45,390 nt of DNA from contig CAVEYA010000064.1 in assembly GCA_963619935.1 (NCBI GenBank), forward strand, positions 1-45,390. Reading direction: 5' to 3'. Source of the stretch: a bacterium (lineage in GTDB: Bacteria > Bacillota_I > Bacilli_A > RFN20 > CAG-826). The notes under the pieces are model-generated. The model saw nothing but the letters and a program-made list of their open reading frames with translations, was not told where the DNA came from and made no database searches. How positions within the stretch are numbered: position 1 is the stretch's first letter; every line of letters starts with the position of its first letter. The position numbers were made by a program, and so were the translations under genes. Positions 37,596 to 44,822 of this stretch are shown one piece after another.

Positions 37596-37624
37596 AGGTT
37601 CGAACTAATCGAACCTTTATTTTT
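37596..37624 (+). terminator. Intrinsic terminator after tRNA-Pro
   Basis: AGGTTCGA - ACTAA - TCGAACCT followed by TTATTTTT. Confidence 0.8.
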
Positions 37625-37906
37625 GATAAATTTAAACAAAATTAAGTAAATTGTAATCTCGGCATAATGAATTAAGAAATTTATTCTTAATATCCCATTG
37701 AGACCCCAGCACGATTTAAATTAAGATGCTAAAAAAATTAACAGTATTTAAGGCAAATGTCCTAAATATAACAACAATTGGAAAAATAGAATTGTTAAAT
37801 TAAAAAAATATTAAAGGGAAAAATAAATCAATTTGTATTATTAATAATGCAAAGAAGTTATGGTTTTCGCAGAAACTTTTTGGAAGTCTCTTCAGTAGTC
37901 TTTTTT

Positions 37907-38737
37907 CTATCTAACGAGGCTTAATAGTTTTTCTTTGCTTTTCTTCAAGAGGACATAAAAATCCATACTTGCGTCTTCATCAAGTATAGGAATTGCCTTT
38001 CTATTTTCGATAATATGATGGTCTTTTGTGATTGAAGAAACAAAGGATGGAATGCTTGAATATTCAGCTAATTCTTTAAGATCGTCTTGGGAAGAGAGAC
38101 GGACGAATCTTGAATTCTTTAGCTGGAGTTTCAATATTTCATCCCAGACTCCGACATAATTAAATAAAAGGAAGGTTTGTTTATCAATGTCTTTCCAATA
38201 GACCCCATCGTTTTTCTCATATAAGAAATGAGTGTCAGGAACATAGACATATAGTCTTTCATTCATGACTTTTTTACAAATAAATTTCTCATCATTATAC
38301 GGATGATTAATAAAGATAATGTCGTAAGCGTTATTGTTTAATCCTTTTATGAGATTTTCTTCGTTATCCAGTTTAGAGATGATTCTAGAAACGTTTTTAG
38401 ATGGAGCGAATAATGATTGAAAACGATACAAAGGCCCAGGCGCGGTATAACCAATAGAAATAGTATTTTCTTTGTCTTTTAACTCTTTTGCCTTTTGATA
38501 TAGCCTCTCATCCATTTCTTTGATGTCCTTCATATATGGTAGAAGTTCCTTCCCTATTTCATTGAGAGTAATCTTGTTTGCTTTCCTTTCAAAAAGATGT
38601 ACATTTAACTCATTTTCTAGTTTTTGCATTGCTTTAGACAAAGATGGTTGAGAAATATGTAATTTTTCTGATGCCTTCAAAAGGGAACCTTCCTCGTAAT
38701 ATACTAGCAAATATTCCAATAAATTATTGTCTAACAT
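37907..38737 (-). CDS. LysR-family transcriptional regulator
   Basis: 276 aa from ATG 38737 (GGAG SD). HTH SLLKASEKLHISQPSLSKAMQKLE. The ORF-track start at 38749 would overlap the operator dyad. Confidence 0.9.
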   Translation of the reverse strand: MLDNNLLEYLLVYYEEGSLLKASEKLHISQPSLSKAMQKLENELNVHLFERKANKITLNEIGKELLPYMKDIKEMDERLYQKAKELKDKENTISIGYTAPGPLYRFQSLFAPSKNVSRIISKLDNEENLIKGLNNNAYDIIFINHPYNDEKFICKKVMNERLYVYVPDTHFLYEKNDGVYWKDIDKQTFLLFNYVGVWDEILKLQLKNSRFVRLSSQDDLKELAEYSSIPSFVSSITKDHHIIENRKAIPILDEDASMDFYVLLKKSKEKLLSLVR

Positions 38738-38745
38738 AATTATCT

Positions 38746-38770
38746 CCACTATTCGATTTTATTATAGTGG
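38746..38770. promoter_or_regulatory. LysR-type T-N11-A dyad operator in the divergent intergenic region
   Basis: CCACTAT (38746-38752), exactly 11 nt, ATAGTGG (38764-38770), i.e. a perfect 7-bp inverted repeat containing T-N11-A. Confidence 0.55.
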
Positions 38771-38834
38771 ATTTCGATATTGATATAAACATTTTCCATC
38801 TAGAAAATCTAAAATATATTCAGGAGGAAGAAAA

Positions 38835-39302
38835 ATGAAAAATTTACTTGTATACTTCAGTTGGTCAGGAAACACTAAGAAATTAATTGAAGCGATTTCT
38901 AAAAATATCTCTTTTGACATTGCTAGGATCGAAAGAGAAACACCTTATTCCTTAGACTACAACGAATGTGCCTATCACGAGGCAAAGGAAGAAATTGACA
39001 CTAAGGTCCACCCAAGCATCAAACCGCTTAACATCAACATTAATGACTATGCGGAAATCTATATCTTTTTCCCTATTTGGTGGTATACCTTCCCAATGCC
39101 TATTGCAACATTTATAGATTCTTTGAAAGAATATAAAGGAAAGGTCATTCTTTTTGCTAATTCCTATACAAACGATTCAATGTATATGGAAAACGCTCTA
39201 AGAGATTTTCAAGGGATTGCTCCAGGAGTAAAAGTTGAAAAAGGATTATTCAACAAATCATGCGAAGAACATATCAATTTCTTTAAAAGGGAGACAAAAT
39301 AA
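38835..39302 (+). CDS. Cytoplasmic flavodoxin-like protein
   Basis: 155 aa. N-terminal LLVYFSWSGNTKK flavodoxin phosphate-binding-like loop. AGGAGG SD. Confidence 0.8.
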   Translation: MKNLLVYFSWSGNTKKLIEAISKNISFDIARIERETPYSLDYNECAYHEAKEEIDTKVHPSIKPLNININDYAEIYIFFPIWWYTFPMPIATFIDSLKEYKGKVILFANSYTNDSMYMENALRDFQGIAPGVKVEKGLFNKSCEEHINFFKRETK

Positions 39303-39303
39303 C

Positions 39304-40164
39304 ATGAAAGAAATAAAACTATATAACAATATTAGAATGCCTATTACTGGTTTTGGTGTTTATCAAGTATCCAAAGAGGATTGCAAAGCATCGGTTTTAT
39401 CTGCATTAAAAGCTGGGTATCGTCATATTGATACAGCTCAAGCCTATTTCAACGAAGAACAAGTTGGAGAAGCTCTTAAAGAATGCGGGATTCCAAGAAA
39501 CGAAATCTTTTTGACAACAAAGGTCTGGATTGATAACTATGGTGAAGGAAAAACATATCGTTCAGTCATCGAATCAATGAGAAAATTACGAGTTGACTAC
39601 CTCGATTTGATTCTCCTTCATCAGCCAATCGGTGACTATTATGCTGCATATAGAGATTTAGAGAAACTTTATGAAGAAGGAAAGGTCAAAGCAATTGGTG
39701 TTTCTAATTTCTATCCAGATAGGCTTGTTGATCTTTGCCTCTTTTCAAAGGTAAAACCGATGGTCAACCAAATTGAAGTCAATGTTTTTAACCAAAGAAT
39801 TATCGATAAGGAGTGGGCTGATAAATATGGAATAGTTCTTACAGCTTGGGCTCCATTTGCCGAAGGAAGAAACAACATGTTCCAAAACGAAACATTGCTT
39901 GTAATTGCTAAGAAGCATAATCGTTCCGTTGCCCAAGTAATACTTAGATGGCTTTATCAAAGAGGTATTATCTCTCTTGCTAAATCAATTCATGAAAATA
40001 GGATAAAAGAGAACTTTGATATTGAATCTTTTGTTCTTGATGAAGACGACATGAATCTTATCTTGACCTTAGACAAAAAGACATCATCATTCTTTGACCA
40101 TCGTGATCCAGCAATGATTGAATGGTTTGGGCAGATGATTATCAAAAGAAGAGAAATGAAATAA
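39304..40164 (+). CDS. Aldo/keto reductase
   Basis: 286 aa from ATG 39304 (GGGAG SD). AKR tetrad context HIDTAQAY, TTKVW, LLHQP. The ORF-track TTG 39235 overlaps the flavodoxin gene. Confidence 0.9.
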   Translation: MKEIKLYNNIRMPITGFGVYQVSKEDCKASVLSALKAGYRHIDTAQAYFNEEQVGEALKECGIPRNEIFLTTKVWIDNYGEGKTYRSVIESMRKLRVDYLDLILLHQPIGDYYAAYRDLEKLYEEGKVKAIGVSNFYPDRLVDLCLFSKVKPMVNQIEVNVFNQRIIDKEWADKYGIVLTAWAPFAEGRNNMFQNETLLVIAKKHNRSVAQVILRWLYQRGIISLAKSIHENRIKENFDIESFVLDEDDMNLILTLDKKTSSFFDHRDPAMIEWFGQMIIKRREMK

Positions 40165-40177
40165 AGGAGAAAAAAAT

Positions 40178-40768
40178 ATGAAGCTAAAACATTTAATTTT
40201 TTGTTTAGCAAGCGTTCTTTTGCTTGTTTCTTGCAAAAACCCGTTAGAAAGTTCATCAAACAATTCATCCAATAACTCTCAAACTTCAACTAACATTTTA
40301 GTTGTATATTTTTCTGCAACAAACCACACAGAGAGTGTTGCTAAGTATATCGCAAATCATTTAGGAGTTTCTACCTTTGAACTCGAACCGGTTAATCCTT
40401 ATACTTCAGATGATCTTAATTATAGTAATTCAAATAGCCGTGTTTCGCTTGAACACAACGATCCAAATCGTAATATAGAGTTAAAATCAGTAACAGTTAA
40501 TGGCTTTTCAGAAGCAACCTATATCTTCCTTGGAGCGCCTGTATGGTGGGGAGAATTGAGCTGGGTTATCAATAATTTCGTTTCTCAAAATAATTTTGAA
40601 GGAAAAACAATCATTCCTTTTGGAACCTCTGCTTCATCTTCTTTCATAACGGATAACTTAGAAAAGCTTGCAAGCAATGCGACCTGGTTAGCAGGACAAC
40701 GTTTTTCCTCAAGTGTATCAGAATCAACTGTTACAACTTGGGTAGATTCGCTAAATCTCTCATTATAG
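40178..40768 (+). CDS. Lipoprotein with a flavodoxin-like domain (predicted extracytoplasmic)
   Basis: 196 aa. Signal peptide with lipobox LLVSC, Ser/Asn-rich tether, then a flavodoxin-like domain (ILVVYFSATNHTESVAKYI, PVWWGE). Confidence 0.75.
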   Translation: MKLKHLIFCLASVLLLVSCKNPLESSSNNSSNNSQTSTNILVVYFSATNHTESVAKYIANHLGVSTFELEPVNPYTSDDLNYSNSNSRVSLEHNDPNRNIELKSVTVNGFSEATYIFLGAPVWWGELSWVINNFVSQNNFEGKTIIPFGTSASSSFITDNLEKLASNATWLAGQRFSSSVSESTVTTWVDSLNLSL

Positions 40769-40945
40769 GAAAAACAATAATATTCACCTCAACCTAATTT
40801 ATTGAGTTTTTAGTTTATAGAATTTTTATATTTAAGCTGAAATTAGCGATTTTGCACTAGCCTTGTCTTTTATAACTTATACGATTAGATCTAGTGTGCT
40901 TAAATTGTATGATGTTTTTAAGCCTTAGATATTTTCGTGATAATG

Positions 40946-40972
40946 CCTTGATCTTTTGAATCAAGGTTTTTT
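40946..40972 (+). terminator. Orphan intrinsic terminator in a 292-bp non-coding gap
   Basis: CCTTGAT - CTTTTGA - ATCAAGG followed by TTTTTT. It lies 178 bp past the nearest upstream stop codon. Confidence 0.55.
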
Positions 40973-41021
40973 ATTTACAAAAAAAGAAGAATTTTTATGA
41001 TAAATATCCACATTTCGACTA

Positions 41022-41040
41022 ATGATACTTTAAGTATCAT
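41022..41040. promoter_or_regulatory. Palindromic operator-like site upstream of the DUF1016 gene
   Basis: ATGATACTT T AAGTATCAT (9-bp arms, 1-nt centre), 21 bp upstream of ATG 41061. Confidence 0.4.
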
Positions 41041-41060
41041 GATTAATAGAGGTCTTAATT

Positions 41061-42056
41061 ATGAAAATGGAAAATCAAGATTATTCAAAACTGGTTACTT
41101 TAATAGAAATGCATAAACAAAATGCTTATCGAAAAATAAATGAAGAATTAGTCTTATTGTATTATGAAATAGGCAAATTTCTATATGACAAAGTTAATAA
41201 TAAAGTATGGGGTTCTAAAACAATTGATAATTTGGCTAAATACATTTCAACACTTTATCCAAATTTAAGAGGTTTTAATAAAAGAGGTCTTTACAGAATG
41301 ATTCAATTTTATGAAACATATAAAGATCATCAAATTGTGTCACCACTGGTGTCACAAATAAGTTGGTCTAATAATTTGGTGATATTTTCACACGAATCTT
41401 CAATTGAAGAAAAAGAATTTTATTTACGACTTTGCATTAAAAATAATTATTCAAAAAGAGAACTAGAAAGACAAATTGAAAGTCATTATTACGAAAGATA
41501 TATGTTATCTAGCAAAAATGCAAAGGAAAGTTTTTTACCTGTAATGGGAGAAGATGATTATCCAAATACAAGAATTCTAGATCAATATTCTTTGGAATTT
41601 TTAGATTTGCCCAATAACTATACCGAAAAAGATTTACAGTCTGCCATTGTTGATAATCTAAAAGATTTTATCTTAGAAATTGGTAAAGATTTTTCCTTTA
41701 TTGGGAAAGAATATAGAATTTCTATTGGTGATTCTGATTATTATATCGATTTGTTATTTTATAACAGGACTCATTCCTGTTTAGTTGCTTTTGAACTTAA
41801 AATAGGAAAATTTAGACCTGAATATATTTCAAAAATGGATTTATATCTTGAAGTGTTAGATAGATTTAACAAAAAAGATAATGAAAATCCGAGTGTGGGA
41901 ATTATTTTGTGTACTTCTAAAAATGAAACTGAAGTAGAATTTGCCATGTCTAGAACAACGTCTCCAACGCTTGTTTCAACATACAAAACTAAATTAATTG
42001 ATAAAGAAGCATTAGCAAAGAAACTAGTAGAATTTAGAAAAATAATTGATAAATAA
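41061..42056 (+). CDS. DUF1016/YhcG-family PD-(D/E)xK nuclease-like protein
   Basis: 331 aa. Family-typical N-terminal helical region and C-terminal core DLLFYNRTHSCLVAFELKIGKF (D ... E-x-K). Confidence 0.8.
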   Translation: MKMENQDYSKLVTLIEMHKQNAYRKINEELVLLYYEIGKFLYDKVNNKVWGSKTIDNLAKYISTLYPNLRGFNKRGLYRMIQFYETYKDHQIVSPLVSQISWSNNLVIFSHESSIEEKEFYLRLCIKNNYSKRELERQIESHYYERYMLSSKNAKESFLPVMGEDDYPNTRILDQYSLEFLDLPNNYTEKDLQSAIVDNLKDFILEIGKDFSFIGKEYRISIGDSDYYIDLLFYNRTHSCLVAFELKIGKFRPEYISKMDLYLEVLDRFNKKDNENPSVGIILCTSKNETEVEFAMSRTTSPTLVSTYKTKLIDKEALAKKLVEFRKIIDK

Positions 42057-42140
42057 TAAAGCTCATATAATTCCTTTAAACTTTCTTTGCTAAAAAATGA
42101 TTATTTTATTTATATAAAATGCTTTATACTTATTTTAGTT

Positions 42141-42974
42141 ATGAAAGAAGAAATTAAAGCAGATTCTGGTATTCAGAGAAAACCAGACGCATTCTCTAAA
42201 CGTATTCACGAGATAGATTTCCTTCGTGGCGTATTAATGATTTTAGTGTTAATGGATCATTTATTTTGGTGTTTTAAGCATTACAACATGCTTTGGTATG
42301 AGGCCACAAATATTGAATTTTTTAATGTAATTTATAAAATATTTAGATTTTATTGGGGCGAAACAGGATGCCCTGCTAGAGATATTGTTCGTATATTCGC
42401 GATATTTGGTTTCTGCTTTTTATCTGGTATATCATCTGCGTTTAGCAAAAATAACTGGGTAAGAGCGGGTCAAATGCTTGCGGTATATGGCGTTATTGCG
42501 GTGGGTTCAAACTTATTAAGTTCTTGGGGTTTTATAAAACAAGGGTGTCGTATTGATTTTAACGTTATTGGCGTATTAGCATGGTCTACTTTATTTTATT
42601 GTTTTACACAAAATAAGACATGGCGAAGTATTCTTGTTGGTTTATTAATCTCATTTTTATTGTGTTGGTATGTGATTCCTTGGTTACAACAAATTGATAT
42701 TGAAAAAGATTTGCATGCATATGTGCCAGCCCTATGGGAACCAGAAGGACAAAGTGATTGGCTACCTTTATTTCCATATATGACGTTTTTCTTCATGGGC
42801 GCATTAGCGAGTTATTTTATATACGCTCCTTATAAGAAATCCATTATTAAACATAAAGCTGATTGGGAAAGACCATTTTGCTTTATTGGTCGTCATTCCA
42901 TTATTTTCTATTTATCACATCAAATTGTCTTAATCCCTGTATTTGTATTAATAACTGCTTTGATAGGAGCTTAA
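42141..42974 (+). CDS. Polytopic membrane acyltransferase-like protein (DUF1624 / heparan-alpha-glucosaminide N-acetyltransferase-like)
   Basis: 277 aa from ATG 42141 (ORF-track TTG 42087 possible). RIHEIDFLRGVLMILVLMDH motif and multiple hydrophobic helices. Confidence 0.7.
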   Translation: MKEEIKADSGIQRKPDAFSKRIHEIDFLRGVLMILVLMDHLFWCFKHYNMLWYEATNIEFFNVIYKIFRFYWGETGCPARDIVRIFAIFGFCFLSGISSAFSKNNWVRAGQMLAVYGVIAVGSNLLSSWGFIKQGCRIDFNVIGVLAWSTLFYCFTQNKTWRSILVGLLISFLLCWYVIPWLQQIDIEKDLHAYVPALWEPEGQSDWLPLFPYMTFFFMGALASYFIYAPYKKSIIKHKADWERPFCFIGRHSIIFYLSHQIVLIPVFVLITALIGA

Positions 42975-42977
42975 TTT

Positions 42978-44624
42978 ATGATTGAAAATAGCATGTACTT
43001 AAATTTATTGGAAGCTTGTAAAGATTATCCACATGGTTTAGCGATTTATTATCAAGGAACAAAGATTTCTTTTAGGAAACTCAATAAATTAATCGATAGA
43101 ATGTCGGATATTCTCTACAATCGTTTAAATATCCGTAAAGGCGACATTGTTTTGGTGGCACAGCCAAATATTCCTGATGTTTTAATTCTCTTTTATGCTT
43201 TAAATAAAATTGGAGCAGTGACTAATTTTGTTCACCCATACACTCCATTTAATCAAATTCTTTCAATTATCAAAAAGACAAATTCAAAATATGCTTTTCT
43301 TTTTGAACAAAGGGTGGCTAAGGAAGTCGATAAATATCGTGATTTAGCAGATAAAATATATGTCACACGTATTGAAGATTATTTACCATTAGGTAAGAAA
43401 ATTATTTATCACTTCTTGAATAAAAATATTCGTCATAAATTAGGCAAATGGAGAGGTTCATTTGATGGCTTTAATTATCTTTATCAATTAAAACCGACTG
43501 GGCACACTCCTAAGGCAGAAATTGGCAAAGCAAATGAAGTTTCTATTCTTTTACATAGCGGTTCCACAACTGGTGACCCAAAAACTATTTGTTTAAGTGA
43601 TCACAATTTCAATTCGATTGCCAAAAATACTTTTGAGTTCTTAGCGTGTAAACCAGAATTTATTCGTGGTGGTGGAATGCTTAGTGTATTACCTAGCTTC
43701 CATGGTTTTGGTTTATGTATGACCATGCACGCACCTTTAGTGAATCGTTTTGCAACAATACTTGTACCTAAATTTTCGGCAAAAGAAGTAGCAAAAACCA
43801 TGCAAAAGACAAAGGTAAATGCGATTTGTGGTGTTCCAACAATGTTTGAAAAACTTTTACAAGAACCAAGTTTTGTAAATTCCAAAAAGTTAAAAAGATT
43901 ACATGTTGTATTCTGTGGTGGAGATTCTTTACCAAGTAAATTAAAACATGAATTTGACACCACAATGAAAGAACATGGCTCATATTGTCAAATGTTTGAA
44001 GGATATGGTTTAACCGAGGCTATCGCAGTGAATTGCGTTAATACTTATGACCACCATAAAGATGGTTCTATTGGCTATCCAATGACAGGAGCGGAATTCC
44101 GTATTGTGGACGAAAACGGTCAAGAATTACCACGTGGTGAAATTGGCGAAATTACAATTAAATCAGATGCGATTATGAAAGGTTATTTCAACGATGAAAA
44201 AGCCACTCAAGAAACTATTAAAGATGGTTGGCTTTATACTGGTGATTTAGGCTATATGGATAAAGATAATTTTATCTTTTTCAAACAACGTAAAAAAAGA
44301 GTCGTAAAGGTTTCTGGGGTCGGTGTATTCCCGACAGAAGTAGAAAGATTAGTGGAAAATGTTCCAGGTGTATCTGCTTGTTGCGCGATTCAAATTCCTG
44401 ATAGCAAACTGCAACATGCCTTAAAAATTTTTGTTGTTGCCAAGTTTTTTGATGAAGAAGGCATGAGAAACACTATTTTAGAAACTTGTCGTAAATACTT
44501 AATTAGATGGTCAGTGCCAAAAGAAATTGAATTTAGAGATTCTTTACCTACCACTTTATTAGGCAAAATTGATTTTAAGACTTTACAAAAGGAAGAAAAT
44601 GAAAAGCGGGGTATTAAAAATTAA
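42978..44624 (+). CDS. ANL-superfamily adenylate-forming enzyme (acyl-CoA synthetase-like)
   Basis: 548 aa. HSGSTTGDPK, GYGLTE, YTGDLGYMD, KVSGVGVFPTEVE, LLGKID motifs. Starts 3 nt after the preceding stop. Confidence 0.85.
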   Translation: MIENSMYLNLLEACKDYPHGLAIYYQGTKISFRKLNKLIDRMSDILYNRLNIRKGDIVLVAQPNIPDVLILFYALNKIGAVTNFVHPYTPFNQILSIIKKTNSKYAFLFEQRVAKEVDKYRDLADKIYVTRIEDYLPLGKKIIYHFLNKNIRHKLGKWRGSFDGFNYLYQLKPTGHTPKAEIGKANEVSILLHSGSTTGDPKTICLSDHNFNSIAKNTFEFLACKPEFIRGGGMLSVLPSFHGFGLCMTMHAPLVNRFATILVPKFSAKEVAKTMQKTKVNAICGVPTMFEKLLQEPSFVNSKKLKRLHVVFCGGDSLPSKLKHEFDTTMKEHGSYCQMFEGYGLTEAIAVNCVNTYDHHKDGSIGYPMTGAEFRIVDENGQELPRGEIGEITIKSDAIMKGYFNDEKATQETIKDGWLYTGDLGYMDKDNFIFFKQRKKRVVKVSGVGVFPTEVERLVENVPGVSACCAIQIPDSKLQHALKIFVVAKFFDEEGMRNTILETCRKYLIRWSVPKEIEFRDSLPTTLLGKIDFKTLQKEENEKRGIKN

Positions 44625-44647
44625 ATTAATAATATCTTTAGCGAAAT

Positions 44648-44732
44648 GCGGTCATGGCGGAACTGGTAGACGCGCTAGAATCAGAATCTAGTGAATAATA
44701 TCGTGGAGGTTCAAGTCCTCTTGGCCGCACCA
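44648..44732 (+). tRNA. tRNA-Leu (anticodon CAG), class II
   Basis: 85 nt, folded by hand. Acceptor GCGGTCA/TGGCCGC, anticodon stem CTAGA/TCTAG with loop ATCAGAA (U33, CAG, A37), 13-nt variable region, T arm GGAGG-TTCAAGT-CCTCT, encoded CCA. Confidence 0.85.
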
Positions 44733-44734
44733 AT

Positions 44735-44811
44735 GCGCCTGTAGCTCAGCTGAATAGAGCATAACCCCCCGAAGGTTAGGGTCGTGTGTTTGAATCACAT
44801 CAGGCGCTCCA
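44735..44811 (+). tRNA. tRNA-Arg (anticodon CCG), atypical
   Basis: 77 nt, folded by hand. Acceptor GCGCCTG/CAGGCGC, D arm GCTC-AGCTGAATA-GAGC, anticodon stem TAACC/GGTTA with loop CCCCGAA (C33, CCG, A37), T arm GTGTG-TTTGAAT-CACAT, encoded CCA. Confidence 0.75.
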
Positions 44812-44822
44812 AATTGTTAATT

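Noticed and set aside
37671-37691. Hairpin ATTAAGAA-ATTTA-TTCTTAAT in the AT-rich spacer after tRNA-Pro
   Set aside because: An almost pure A/T stem of low stability in a region where such palindromes arise by chance. It has no adjacent U-tract or gene.
40909-40959. 16-codon mini-ORF (MMFLSLRYFRDNALIF) ending inside the orphan terminator stem
   Set aside because: No SD and no recognisable peptide family. It could be chance in AT-rich DNA. I mention it only as context for the non-coding gap.
3321-42140. N-terminally extended ORF-track starts (3321, 5253, 8011, 10105, 18424, 19004, 25441, 28171, 29522, 30537, 38749, 39235, 42087)
   Set aside because: Most use TTG or GTG, or lie inside the preceding gene, a promoter or an operator. 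Each has a downstream ATG with a proper Shine-Dalgarno and the conserved protein N-terminus, so I used the shorter coordinates.
43601-43983. Two overlapping antisense ORFs (120 and 71 aa) inside the ANL ligase gene
   Set aside because: No SD, no recognisable motifs, and fully contained in a gene with intact ANL motifs on the other strand.
37584-44647. Classical integrative island inserted in tRNA-Pro
   Set aside because: No integrase or recombinase and no duplicated tRNA 3' segment (only a 7-nt ATCCCAT match at 37692-37698). I kept it only as a variable/accessory-region hypothesis.
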